A stretch of 64,000 bases of DNA, taken from the sequence record ON568341.1; one strand, written 5' to 3'. The notes below the pieces were generated by a model. It ran no database searches and was not told where the DNA came from. It was given only the letters and a program-made list of their open reading frames with translations. The position numbers and the translations under genes were made by a program. This document shows, one piece after another, positions 23,310-32,688 of the stretch; the stretch's first letter is position 1, and each line of letters starts with the position of its first letter.

Positions 23310-23827
23310 TGAATATTAATGAGTTGTTAATATTATTGTTTAATCGTGAACGCCGCGATACAAGACCAATTGAATATCAAGATGTGATACGTATTGAAAC
23401 GGATTTCTGTTATGGTAAAACAACTCATGATCTTTTGAATCCATCTGGAAAACGCTATGCTGATGTTTGTTTTTCTGAAAGAAGTGATGGTTCAGAAATA
23501 ACAAGTACTGAAATTGTGTTTTATGATAGATCCTCGGCAGGTTCGTATGAAATAGAACTTATATATTGTCCTTGTTCAGAAACACACAATAAACATCAGA
23601 TATTATATGATGTTTATTCACCCCCAGGTATTGCTGAATATTTTGTTATTGATTACAGTACTGAAGAAAGTGTGTTTCAACAGAGCTTGATTCATAACTT
23701 CCAGTTGAATGATCCATTAGTACCGAAGATTTTCAAACTACTTGACACAATCGATGTTGATTTTGAATTTGTTATGTGCATTAGAACTTCTTTATTCAAT
23801 GAATTCATGGAACTTTTTAATATATGA
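23306..23827 (+). CDS. hypothetical protein, EExxFQxS-motif family
   Basis: STEESVFQQSLIHN. Confidence 0.85.
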   Translation: MMNINELLILLFNRERRDTRPIEYQDVIRIETDFCYGKTTHDLLNPSGKRYADVCFSERSDGSEITSTEIVFYDRSSAGSYEIELIYCPCSETHNKHQILYDVYSPPGIAEYFVIDYSTEESVFQQSLIHNFQLNDPLVPKIFKLLDTIDVDFEFVMCIRTSLFNEFMELFNI

Positions 23828-24045
23828 ATAGATACTATGTTGTGTATGAACACGTTTCTGAATTTAATAACATACGAGGTTATTCCAGAGTTGTCACAAA
23901 GATGGATGTATTCATTCGTGCTCTTAGTGAAGTAGATGCACTGTTTAAATTGTTTGATGAAATTACAAAGTATAACACACCCAAAACACACCGCTATGTG
24001 GAAACTGTACATAGCATTATGCTAACTGAAAGTGATGAGGAATGA
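23824..24045 (+). CDS. hypothetical protein
   Basis: IRALSEVDA motif. Confidence 0.75.
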   Translation: MNRYYVVYEHVSEFNNIRGYSRVVTKMDVFIRALSEVDALFKLFDEITKYNTPKTHRYVETVHSIMLTESDEE

Positions 24046-24048
24046 TAA

Positions 24049-24267
24049 ATGAATTTATATCTTGTTGAAGGATTGGTACAAGTCTATAAACTTGAATGTG
24101 AAGGGCAGCGTTTTTCACACGTAGAAGATTTTAAGTACGTTGTAAAGGCATCTTGTCAAAACGATGTTGAAATTCAAGTTCGAGAATCATTTCGTAATAA
24201 GAATGCAATTGGAAAATTCAAATATCAGCACTTACAATTCAAAGTATGGCCTAGCATAAATGACTAA
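24049..24267 (+). CDS. hypothetical protein
   Basis: Similar in size and pattern to neighbours. Confidence 0.75.
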   Translation: MNLYLVEGLVQVYKLECEGQRFSHVEDFKYVVKASCQNDVEIQVRESFRNKNAIGKFKYQHLQFKVWPSIND

Positions 24268-24475
24268 GATGTGGTGGTGTCATGGTGTCTATAACGTGTA
24301 TGTAAATGGTCGATATAAAATGTCTAGTACCTATGCTAGACGTGTTCATGCGAAGAATAAAGTTGATGCGGCGTGTGATATCATTGAGTGGTATGCTGAG
24401 TTTAATACATTTGACTATATGTACGAAATAGTTACAATAAATGTTGTACAAATTGACACGTCTCTGATACAATAA
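24260..24475 (+). CDS. hypothetical protein
   Basis: VHAKNKVDA motif. Confidence 0.7.
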   Translation: MTKMWWCHGVYNVYVNGRYKMSSTYARRVHAKNKVDAACDIIEWYAEFNTFDYMYEIVTINVVQIDTSLIQ

Positions 24476-24508
24476 CTACATCAAAAAACAACTGCAACTG
24501 AGGATACT

Positions 24509-25171
24509 ATGTTAGTAAATCTTAATTTCATCACTTCTCCTGATTGGGCATTACGTGGTGTTTCTTTGAACTTTAAAGAAACTAATTTCGACTACATTGG
24601 GGATTGTACTTTAGTTAATGCTACATTTGATCCTCATCATCCTTTTTGGGCTAAGATTCATGATCCTAATGTAAACAATAGTGTATCTGTTATGACTATT
24701 GTACAGACGAAATATCCTGGCATTCTCGCAGGAGAACATCCTAAAGTTGCAATTAATCATTTCACTGATTATGATGTAGTAGATGAGTATCCAATGATTC
24801 ATAAAGATGGAAGTTTATACACATCTGAAGACGTTCGTGCTATCTTTAATAGTACTGATGATATTCTACCAAGTGGACGAACACGTCCTAAGTCTTATCT
24901 TATGCATTCATCTTATGGTGTAGCAGATACGCTTGAGCAGATTATGAAGAAGTACAAGAACCTAATTGAAGGTCCAGAAGAAGTTGTCATGTGCTATTAT
25001 CCAGTACTGAAATCAGACCAGCCAAAGAGTGGTGGGTGGCGTTGGCATAAAAACGGTGAGTACATTGGAAATAAACGTAGCAAAGAACGTTTTGAGTACT
25101 TGTATGATGAACCCGATATTGATGTTGTTTTGTGTTATAACTTCCTTAAGGTGAAAAAGAAATGTATCTAG
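24509..25171 (+). CDS. hypothetical phage protein
   Basis: SD GAGG; GWRWHKxGxYIG motif. Confidence 0.85.
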   Translation: MLVNLNFITSPDWALRGVSLNFKETNFDYIGDCTLVNATFDPHHPFWAKIHDPNVNNSVSVMTIVQTKYPGILAGEHPKVAINHFTDYDVVDEYPMIHKDGSLYTSEDVRAIFNSTDDILPSGRTRPKSYLMHSSYGVADTLEQIMKKYKNLIEGPEEVVMCYYPVLKSDQPKSGGWRWHKNGEYIGNKRSKERFEYLYDEPDIDVVLCYNFLKVKKKCI

Positions 25172-25398
25172 TATTGAGTATTGTAACTGCACTATTGTTT
25201 ATGTTTTACCCTACACTAGTAGCACTAGTTACAAGACGAACTGTTGGAGATATCACTACAGTATTCTTGTTAAACGTGGTTCTGGCACTAGTGTCTATTA
25301 AAATCCCAGTAACCCCCACTGTTATTGATACGGTAACAGTATTTCTCTTTGTTTTCAGTTATCTTATGCTTATCGATGAGAAACCTGTTGACAAATAA
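25162..25398 (+). CDS. small membrane protein, superinfection-immunity (T4 Imm)-like pattern
   Basis: FYPTLVA..R......VFLLN resembles the Imm F.P..IA..R....IF.LN pattern. Confidence 0.45.
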   Translation: MYLVLSIVTALLFMFYPTLVALVTRRTVGDITTVFLLNVVLALVSIKIPVTPTVIDTVTVFLFVFSYLMLIDEKPVDK

Positions 25399-25457
25399 TC
25401 TTAGTGCTGTATAATAATTCTTGAAATGTAAAAAACTTAAACATGAGGGTATAAAAT

Positions 25458-25778
25458 ATGTTATCAGTATTGTTTTCAATTCCATCTTTAATTCTAATTT
25501 GGATTATTGTGTATGAATGTTTTATTGTAGATGATACGGAGAAAAAAGAATTCAATGAGTTATTCATGCTTGATACGCCAGTTGTCCGCATTTTCTATTC
25601 TGTAGTTATCGTTTCAGTACTTGCATGGATTGTAAGTTTTATCTTCCCAATGGGTGCAATCATTAATGTATTGAATTTGGTTGAAAACACTATTGCTATT
25701 CTATGGCTTATCAAAGCGTGGTATGTAGGAAATGTTAATATTTGGATTGATATTGTTAAATCTAAATTTACAAAATAA
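25458..25778 (+). CDS. membrane protein (3 TM)
   Basis: Hydrophobic segments; promoter TTGACA-16-TATAAT at 25388. Confidence 0.8.
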   Translation: MLSVLFSIPSLILIWIIVYECFIVDDTEKKEFNELFMLDTPVVRIFYSVVIVSVLAWIVSFIFPMGAIINVLNLVENTIAILWLIKAWYVGNVNIWIDIVKSKFTK

Positions 25779-25870
25779 GATGTAATAAGTAATAGTGAAA
25801 CAACCTAGATATGATTAAATACTTCTGTACATACATATAGTACAGAAGTATTTCTTAGTAGAGGTTTGTT

Positions 25871-26230
25871 ATGAATACTTATATAAAATTAATAGCACTT
25901 ACTTGCTTGTTATTGTCTTTTTTTAGTTACGGTTCGTCATCTGAAACACAATGTCGTAGTACTAATGGAACGATGTATTCATTAACTAACGATCCGGGAA
26001 ATGGTAAAAATATTGTTATTGATGGTGAAACTTATCGTTTTAAAGTACAAAGCACTATTGGTAATAAAAAGATAACGACTTATATTAATGATTCTGGAAC
26101 ACTTGCAAATGTTATATTAATTGTTAATCCAAAAACAGGTCGTGGTGATATCTATATAGTAATTTATTTAGATTCAGCACAACAACGAGAATTAGATATA
26201 GATGAATTAAATCTTCATTGCAAAATATAG
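25871..26230 (+). CDS. exported two-Cys protein
   Basis: Signal peptide; IDGETYRF..TIG shared with 26615. Confidence 0.8.
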   Translation: MNTYIKLIALTCLLLSFFSYGSSSETQCRSTNGTMYSLTNDPGNGKNIVIDGETYRFKVQSTIGNKKITTYINDSGTLANVILIVNPKTGRGDIYIVIYLDSAQQRELDIDELNLHCKI

Positions 26231-26240
26231 GGTATAAAAT

Positions 26241-26618
26241 ATGATAGATTCTATTGTAATTGGGTTGATAAGTATTCCATTTATTTTGTCTTTTATAATT
26301 TCCATATGCATGATTGTGTATTTTATATTTGCTGGAATGTATTTTGTTTTAACAAACAAGTATATTTTTATTTCTAAGCTTGATTCAATATTTGCATGTG
26401 AAACTTTAGCTTACAACTTATGGATAATCTGCTCTAGTATTATGGGGTTGACTTACCTTTTATATAAATTTGATTTTATTAATGTAAATATTGTATATAT
26501 TAGTGCTGGATTAGCATTATATCCTGCTACATGGTACTTGATTTATGTTGTGGACATATGGTATAGTACTTACAAAGAATACCAGTGTAAGAAATCATTA
26601 AAAGTTGAGAGGAATTGA
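26241..26618 (+). CDS. 3-TM membrane protein
   Basis: Same layout as 32.3-33.4 kb and 38-40.7 kb paralogs. Confidence 0.75.
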   Translation: MIDSIVIGLISIPFILSFIISICMIVYFIFAGMYFVLTNKYIFISKLDSIFACETLAYNLWIICSSIMGLTYLLYKFDFINVNIVYISAGLALYPATWYLIYVVDIWYSTYKEYQCKKSLKVERN

Positions 26619-26971
26619 TTATGAAAATTATTTTATTTTTTGTATCTATGTTATTGAGTGGATTTGTATATGCTGAACCACTTGAAGGTTTAGTTTGCAC
26701 AGACGGACACATCAAACATATCTATCAAGGTGATAGTTATGATCATGATATTGTTTATATTGATGGTCAACAATATAACTTTGTTAAAGAGCATACTATT
26801 GGCGACATTAGCTTCAATGAGTTTTCAAATGATGAAGATCCTAACGCCTTGGCATTTATGGAAGTTGATTTGTATGAAGATAGTAATGGTACACAATATG
26901 CTAAACTTGTTATGATGCGTCGTGGTGCTAAAGAAACAAGTTTCGGTGGTTTATGTAAATATAAGGATTAA
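26615..26971 (+). CDS. exported two-Cys protein
   Basis: Signal peptide ending VYA; IDGQQYNF..TIG. Confidence 0.8.
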   Translation: MIMKIILFFVSMLLSGFVYAEPLEGLVCTDGHIKHIYQGDSYDHDIVYIDGQQYNFVKEHTIGDISFNEFSNDEDPNALAFMEVDLYEDSNGTQYAKLVMMRRGAKETSFGGLCKYKD

Positions 26972-26976
26972 TTATT

Positions 26977-27168
26977 ATGCTGATTTATAAATGTGATAAT
27001 ATTCGTGTTCTACAACATCCTTATCTTCAAATCTTTGATGTGCAGATGTTCATGGAAGGTGATAATCCGAGAACCTATGGACGTAAGTATGATTATTTCA
27101 CGGTCAAGCAGTGCAACAACATTGATGAAGTACGACGATTAGTACATGAACTCCAAAACAAAGGTTGA
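26977..27168 (+). CDS. hypothetical protein
   Basis: SD AAGGA. Confidence 0.75.
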   Translation: MLIYKCDNIRVLQHPYLQIFDVQMFMEGDNPRTYGRKYDYFTVKQCNNIDEVRRLVHELQNKG

Positions 27169-27194
27169 CTTCGGTCAGCCTTTTTTGTTATAAT
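27163..27194 (+). promoter_or_regulatory. terminator-promoter hybrid cassette
   Basis: GGTTGAC-TTCG-GTCAGCC-T6 containing TTGACT-18-TATAAT with TGn extension. Confidence 0.75.
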
Positions 27195-27222
27195 TATTTT
27201 ATATTCTAATGGATTTTAAATT

Positions 27223-27663
27223 ATGTTAGTATATCGTTTTGAACTTAAATTTAGTTACATTGAACCTGATTTGAAACCAGCAACAAATGTTGGTCCATTT
27301 GCACGGTATTCTTCAAAATACAGTACTAAAAATGGTTTTGACCGTTTGTATATGTCTACGCCTACGCAGTTCCAACCTGAACCAACTGATGATGGAATCT
27401 ATTCAATCAAATATGGATGGGCATTTGGCTGTCAAAGTTTGAATGATTTGTTTCGGTTCTTTACTATGGACTTGGGTAAATTACATCGTGCTGGGTTTGC
27501 TATTTCCGTATATGATGTACCTGATAATCATGTGGATATTGGTCGTAATCAGGTTCAGTACTATTGCGGTAGTGCAACATTGGTTCGTATCATGTCAGTT
27601 AAGGATGCAAAGGTGGAGTACAGTCAAAGTAAAAGAGTAATACATGAGGCTATATATGGATAA
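27223..27663 (+). CDS. hypothetical protein, possible ADP-ribosyltransferase-like fold
   Basis: VYR first strand, FGCQS, late QV motif; weak pattern match only. Confidence 0.35.
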   Translation: MLVYRFELKFSYIEPDLKPATNVGPFARYSSKYSTKNGFDRLYMSTPTQFQPEPTDDGIYSIKYGWAFGCQSLNDLFRFFTMDLGKLHRAGFAISVYDVPDNHVDIGRNQVQYYCGSATLVRIMSVKDAKVEYSQSKRVIHEAIYG

Positions 27664-28000
27664 GACACAAATAGAATTGAAAAAATTTGTATCATTCTAT
27701 CTACCAAATGATCCACGTACTTCACAAAAAGATTTTGAATATTATAATATTCTAAGTAAACAGTTAATGAGAAAGTTTCAACAGTGTTTAAGTATATTCA
27801 ATACCGATGGTAGACGTAGATACCGAATCATTTCAATGAATGATGAAAACGCAAACTACTTTGATTATGATGTTGTTTTTAGAGCATATAATGATGACCG
27901 AATTAAATTAAATTATGATCAAATAATATTTGATCTAAGTGCTATATCTGTTATAATCACGCATATCGCCGAGATTAATGGTTTTAAAGAGTGGTATTGA
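27644..28000 (+). CDS. hypothetical protein
   Basis: ORF in gene run. Confidence 0.7.
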   Translation: MRLYMDKTQIELKKFVSFYLPNDPRTSQKDFEYYNILSKQLMRKFQQCLSIFNTDGRRRYRIISMNDENANYFDYDVVFRAYNDDRIKLNYDQIIFDLSAISVIITHIAEINGFKEWY

Positions 28001-28014
28001 TTAGAGGACAACAT

Positions 28015-28281
28015 ATGAAGCTTAAATTGCAATATAACGGATTTACTTTACGTAATGATACTGAGTTTGTAAATCGTTCACCTGGTGCTGAACTTTTTTT
28101 GCGAGAGATGAACATTCCTTTCATTGTCACCACTGTTGGGGATCGTGAAGTTTTACAATACGCAGAGCATCCTATTATTGATGTTCCTTGGTATTCTGAA
28201 CATATGTACATGGATATGGCACGTCGCTACAACTGTAAGTTCATAGTAGAAGGTGATAAAATTACAGTACAATTTAAATGA
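28015..28281 (+). CDS. hypothetical protein
   Basis: SD GAGGA; start moved to ATG 28015. Confidence 0.8.
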   Translation: MKLKLQYNGFTLRNDTEFVNRSPGAELFLREMNIPFIVTTVGDREVLQYAEHPIIDVPWYSEHMYMDMARRYNCKFIVEGDKITVQFK

Positions 28282-28346
28282 TGTGAATTGAAATGAACAG
28301 TACTACACTCAATTTAAGCATCATCGCAAATGTAGAAATATAATAT

Positions 28347-28379
28347 AAAAAGGGAAATCATATATGGTTCCCCCTTTTT
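28347..28379 (+). terminator. intrinsic terminator
   Basis: AAAAGGGAA..TTCCCCCTTTTT. Confidence 0.6.
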
Positions 28380-28421
28380 CTTATTACGTACAATTAAGTA
28401 CATATATTAATTGAGGAAATT

Positions 28422-28994
28422 ATGAATCGTAAAGGCCGTTTTAAGGTATCAAAGAAGAATAAGAGTTCTAGGTTTAAACCTATAGTGTTAACAGTTAAAG
28501 CTAAAGAAGAATTAACTGCACTTAGTAAAAAGATCATTTCATCTAAGATCAAAATATCATATATAAATTCAGTAAAATATCAAAATGTAAAACCACGAGA
28601 TCAACTTATTTCACTTATATTTGAACGTAATGATTTTGAGATATCAGTAGATGATTATAGAGCCTATAATGCTGGCTTCATTAATGTTACTTGTAATAAA
28701 GAACTAACTGCATTAGAAAATTTGTCATGTATAATAAATCTAGATAAAGGTGTTGTGAAATACCATTTTGTACATTTCACTAATATCAATAATGGAATGG
28801 GCGTAGAATCCAGACCTATAGTGCCTACGTGTGATGTTACTAAATTAGCAAAACTCAATGATGAAGAATATTTTCAAGAAAGCATTGTAACTGAGCATTT
28901 AGATGATATAATAGCAACTTACAAAGAATGCATATGGGTTTTGAATGCCATTAAGCCTAAATTGTGTTTAATGAATATTGTTCGTGATTTATGA
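28422..28994 (+). CDS. hypothetical protein, EExxFQxS-motif family with basic N-terminus
   Basis: LNDEEYFQESIVTE. Confidence 0.85.
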   Translation: MNRKGRFKVSKKNKSSRFKPIVLTVKAKEELTALSKKIISSKIKISYINSVKYQNVKPRDQLISLIFERNDFEISVDDYRAYNAGFINVTCNKELTALENLSCIINLDKGVVKYHFVHFTNINNGMGVESRPIVPTCDVTKLAKLNDEEYFQESIVTEHLDDIIATYKECIWVLNAIKPKLCLMNIVRDL

Positions 28995-29007
28995 ATGGGA
29001 AATTAAA

Positions 29008-29451
29008 ATGGGTTGGGTAAATGTAAATAGTATTGAACTTAACGAACAAGATATTTTTGCATTTGTGAATTTGACCAATAATACAGTACTGAAAGGGCGT
29101 TTGTTCAGAGCGAGTGATGGATATAAATGGATCTCTTTGATGGATGATTGTGGTGTGATTTATAATGCAATGCAATTGCCACAGTGGGTATATAGTAATA
29201 CTTCTGACGATGTTCTTGCCGCTGTTATGCGTGAGTTTGAAAAACTACCAGGTGGTGATATGAAAAACAAAGTTTTTAATGCAGAACGTCATAATTATAC
29301 AGCACAGCAATTGGAATCACTTGCCATTGCTGCATATCAAGCTGCTATTAAGAAGCCAGAGTGTGTTATTCTTAAGTACGTCCCAGACTTAAAACTCACG
29401 TTGGAAGATATGGATGCATTCATTTTTACATCTGAACTTGAACAGTACTGA
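29008..29451 (+). CDS. hypothetical protein
   Basis: Start probably ATG 29008 (track start 28978). Confidence 0.8.
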   Translation: MGWVNVNSIELNEQDIFAFVNLTNNTVLKGRLFRASDGYKWISLMDDCGVIYNAMQLPQWVYSNTSDDVLAAVMREFEKLPGGDMKNKVFNAERHNYTAQQLESLAIAAYQAAIKKPECVILKYVPDLKLTLEDMDAFIFTSELEQY

Positions 29452-29459
29452 TTTAACTT

Positions 29460-29488
29460 TGGGACAAACTTTTCTATAATGATATAAT
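29460..29488 (+). promoter_or_regulatory. TGGGACA-type promoter
   Basis: GGGACA 29461-66, 16 bp ending TGA, TATAAT 29483-88. Confidence 0.7.
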
Positions 29489-29522
29489 TTTCTTGTCTGA
29501 TTATTTAAATGACATGTTGAAG

Positions 29523-29530
29523 TATAAATA
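29523..29530 (+). promoter_or_regulatory. T4-type late promoter TATAAATA
   Basis: Exact gp55 consensus 35 nt before start. Confidence 0.7.
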
Positions 29531-29565
29531 TTATTGTAAAGTTATCTCTTATAGGAGTTATAAAA

Positions 29566-29949
29566 ATGGTTGATAAATGGAATAAGAAAGATCCATCCCA
29601 TGATGTTGATATTTCTGATCTAGATGATGCACATAAGCATAAGTATCTAGATTCACTAGGTCTTCTCAAACCGGACCAAAGTCTTGCACACGAACGCCCA
29701 TCACGTGAAAAAGCATTCAGTCTAGAATCACTTGGTCATGAGCTAAATCGTGTGTTTGAAGAACACCCAATTTATGTACGTGATATTATTGAGAAACTTA
29801 AAGTAACTCCTAAAGAGCACTTTAAAGCAACTGTACATTCTGCATTCCGTGCATTGCATGATTCTCTCAAGAAAACTCATAATCTTCGTAAAATTCATGA
29901 TGAAATTGTGAATGCAATCGAAAGTGAAAAGCATAAGTTCAAGAAGTAA
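29566..29949 (+). CDS. late charged protein, paralogous to part of 30039; possible internal head protein
   Basis: KYLDSLGLL vs RYVNSLGLL; shared ..PKE..KA helix. Confidence 0.8.
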   Translation: MVDKWNKKDPSHDVDISDLDDAHKHKYLDSLGLLKPDQSLAHERPSREKAFSLESLGHELNRVFEEHPIYVRDIIEKLKVTPKEHFKATVHSAFRALHDSLKKTHNLRKIHDEIVNAIESEKHKFKK

Positions 29950-29958
29950 TAGAAAATG

Positions 29959-29997
29959 GGTTGACTTCGGTCAGCCTTTTTTTATATACTATAAATA
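29959..29997 (+). promoter_or_regulatory. terminator-promoter cassette plus TATAAATA late promoter
   Basis: GGTTGAC-TTCG-GTCAGCC-T7, TTGACT-18-TATACT, TATAAATA 29990-97. Confidence 0.7.
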
Positions 29998-30038
29998 TAG
30001 TCATAGAGAAAAACATGAAATCTATGGAGAGAAATCAA

Positions 30039-31289
30039 ATGCCAAGTAATTTTACTGATAAAAATGGTGGTAACATGGCAGGTCACTCGGATAAATGGAG
30101 TGAACGCAACCGCCGACCAAATAGTTACCAAGCAGGTCAAGGTTCTCGTGGCTCCAGAAACCAAGGAACTGGTCTAGCTGGTAAAGCAAATGCTGAACCT
30201 GGTGAAGTTAAAAGTACTGAGAACATGACTGAGCTAGAAAAACTACGCTACGTTAATTCATTGGGACTTCTTAATGCTACACAAAAACAACGTCTAGCTG
30301 ATATGGAACGTGAAGAAAAAGAAAAGACTGCTCCTGCGAAAGAAGAACCAAAACAAGAAGCACCAAAGGCGGTTAACCCTGTCAAAGAACTGTCTGATAA
30401 GTTAGGTAAGATCTTTGCAAATAAACCCCAACTTATTCAAGGTATTGTCAAAGAATTGCAATCTGTACCTAAAGAAGAATTAAAAGCCAAAGCACAAGCT
30501 GTTCTGGATGCAATGAAAGGAAATACCAGTACTGAACCAACCGAAGTATTCAGTACTATTATGCGTGCACTGGAAGGTAAACAACAAGGTGAAGAACGTG
30601 GTGATGAAGTAAGTCTTGAACGTGTTCTTAAAACATTTGATAGTATTGGGAAAGAAGACCGTGTTAATGCACAACAGGTTAAAAATGTACTAGCAAAATT
30701 GGAAAACCGTCTAGAAGGTAAAGATGATAAGATTAAATTGGTATCCGATGCAGTTGAAAATGCACTTAAATCTTATGTACAAGGTGAAAAGAGTCGTTTT
30801 GTAACTGCTATGGATGCTGCATTCAATACTATGAAAAAGTACGAAGCGGATCATGGAGAGAAGGTAACACGAGATGGTTATTTAATGCGTGATGATGAAG
30901 AAGGTGCAGTGGAACAGAATGATGCTCATTCTGACGAAGATATTGATGACATGGAAGCAGAACTGTCACAGGACCGCCAAATGACTGAAAAATCTCACAA
31001 TGAACTACAGAAATTAATGCAGTGGGTTGCAGAAGTAGGTGAAAAGGCTGGTGAAGATAAGAAGAGTATCAACCGAAACCTAAGTTGGATTAAAGATAAG
31101 GTTGGTAATAACGCTCGTAAACTACAAAAAGCATGGACTGATGTAGTGAATGGTGCGGTAGATATTGATGTTGAGTCTGGTGAAGCATATGATTATGCAT
31201 TGACTACACTTGATGATTCTTTTCGTGACTACGAAAAAGGAAACGTTACTCCTTGGGAAAAGGACATAATGAGTAAATATGGTAAATGA
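30039..31289 (+). CDS. late charged helical protein; possible internal head protein
   Basis: SD GGAG before ATG 30039; the TTG start at 29961 lies inside the terminator. Confidence 0.85.
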   Translation: MPSNFTDKNGGNMAGHSDKWSERNRRPNSYQAGQGSRGSRNQGTGLAGKANAEPGEVKSTENMTELEKLRYVNSLGLLNATQKQRLADMEREEKEKTAPAKEEPKQEAPKAVNPVKELSDKLGKIFANKPQLIQGIVKELQSVPKEELKAKAQAVLDAMKGNTSTEPTEVFSTIMRALEGKQQGEERGDEVSLERVLKTFDSIGKEDRVNAQQVKNVLAKLENRLEGKDDKIKLVSDAVENALKSYVQGEKSRFVTAMDAAFNTMKKYEADHGEKVTRDGYLMRDDEEGAVEQNDAHSDEDIDDMEAELSQDRQMTEKSHNELQKLMQWVAEVGEKAGEDKKSINRNLSWIKDKVGNNARKLQKAWTDVVNGAVDIDVESGEAYDYALTTLDDSFRDYEKGNVTPWEKDIMSKYGK

Positions 31290-31298
31290 TAACAAAAA

Positions 31299-31330
31299 GG
31301 TTGACTTCGGTCAGCCTTTTTTGTTATCAT
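31299..31330 (+). promoter_or_regulatory. terminator-promoter hybrid cassette
   Basis: TTGACT-18-TATCAT inside and after the terminator. Confidence 0.7.
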
Positions 31331-31355
31331 AGCTTTCCTAACTACAAAGGATGAC

Positions 31356-32000
31356 GTGATGACTAAGCAAGAAATATTCAAAACATTAATTGACATTTTA
31401 CGTTCATCTAAAACTCGTTGTGCAATGGAGTTTGATATTCCTTACGCTGAACGAGTCATCTTTCCACAAGTAAAAGCGGCAGGTCTTACTTTACTTGGTA
31501 TGGGGATGTACTCTGTAGTAGTTGAACATAAAAACTATCCAGGTCGTGCATTTAAAGTAACCACGTCACGATGGGATGGTTTTCGTGCTTATGCAAAGTA
31601 CTGTATTGATAACACAGGAACTAAGTTTCTTCCTGTAATATACAGTGCAAATGAACAAGGAAACTTTGGATGGTATGAAATGGATAAGTACTACCCTATC
31701 ATTAAACAAAAAAATAATTATGATGACTTTGTTAGTACTAAAATTGGAGATTTGTATTCGTATGCACATGCTGGTCAGTACGCAACTTCAGTGAATGAAC
31801 TGCGTGGAAATTCAGAAGAGATTGCCATTGCAACTGTTGCAGCTAACATAATGAAAGAGTTTCATGGTCGTTTTGTACCAGACATTCATTCCAGTAATGT
31901 GATGATGGATAAAGATGGAAATTTATTCATCACTGACCCTATTTCGTGTGATGTACGTCGAGAAATACCAATCACTGAAGAAGACCCAATTTTTTATTGA
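31356..32000 (+). CDS. Ser/Thr protein kinase, T7 gp0.7 kinase-domain-like
   Basis: LLGMGMYSVV..FKV, DIHSSNVM, FITDP match T7 0.7 motifs LLGxGxFS, DMHSGNIM, ITDP. Confidence 0.85.
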   Translation: MMTKQEIFKTLIDILRSSKTRCAMEFDIPYAERVIFPQVKAAGLTLLGMGMYSVVVEHKNYPGRAFKVTTSRWDGFRAYAKYCIDNTGTKFLPVIYSANEQGNFGWYEMDKYYPIIKQKNNYDDFVSTKIGDLYSYAHAGQYATSVNELRGNSEEIAIATVAANIMKEFHGRFVPDIHSSNVMMDKDGNLFITDPISCDVRREIPITEEDPIFY

Positions 32001-32063
32001 CAGAACTTGTGTTCTGGTGTATATTAAGTGAATTATAAACAAATTGTGACACAGGATTAAATC

Positions 32064-32345
32064 ATGCGTTCATTTGAAAACTTAATAGGTAAACTTCTTT
32101 TATCTGAAATTGAAGAAGACGTTAAGGAATTATGCAAATCAAAAAGTTACATTCATTTGGATGAACTGTTTGTTAAGTACGGAGAGATTAGTTTTAAATC
32201 ATTATTTGTTTTTACTATGAAAGTACATAGTTTAAAGCACTTCGATTTAAGTTATAAAAATGATCAACCAAATCTATATCATATGTATTATCTCAAGAAT
32301 ATAGAAGAAGCTCATGCATTATTTTCTGAATATCTGAAGGTATAA
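32064..32345 (+). CDS. hypothetical protein
   Basis: SD AGGA. Confidence 0.75.
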   Translation: MRSFENLIGKLLLSEIEEDVKELCKSKSYIHLDELFVKYGEISFKSLFVFTMKVHSLKHFDLSYKNDQPNLYHMYYLKNIEEAHALFSEYLKV

Positions 32346-32346
32346 A

Positions 32347-32685
32347 ATGGAACAATATTTTGAATTAATTAATAAAGTGTCATTCTATGTAGTGTCATTG
32401 ATGTGGGTTTATTTCATGTTTTGCTACATTATTGCATTCTTCCGATACACTACTTTATATGAACGTATCTATTATGATGCACCGATTTCATTCTTGGTAT
32501 TCTGTGCGTGTACGTGGGGAATATTAGAAGTACTGATATGTGGATATAGTACTGATGAATTAAATCTGGTATCGGTATTGACTGGGTTATCACTTGGCGT
32601 TATGATATCTTTCTTTCCAGTATGGTTGTTCTTTGAGCTGTTCCATCGCATTGATGTATGGCGTTCTAATATCCCTGAAAAATAA
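32347..32685 (+). CDS. 3-TM membrane paralog
   Basis: TM-YF..Y..P-TM-TM; tail RSNIPEK. Confidence 0.85.
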   Translation: MEQYFELINKVSFYVVSLMWVYFMFCYIIAFFRYTTLYERIYYDAPISFLVFCACTWGILEVLICGYSTDELNLVSVLTGLSLGVMISFFPVWLFFELFHRIDVWRSNIPEK

Positions 32686-32688
32686 GGA

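Noticed and set aside
29961-30038. N-terminal extension of the 442-aa ORF
   Set aside because: Starts at TTG inside the terminator hairpin; the SD points to ATG 30039.
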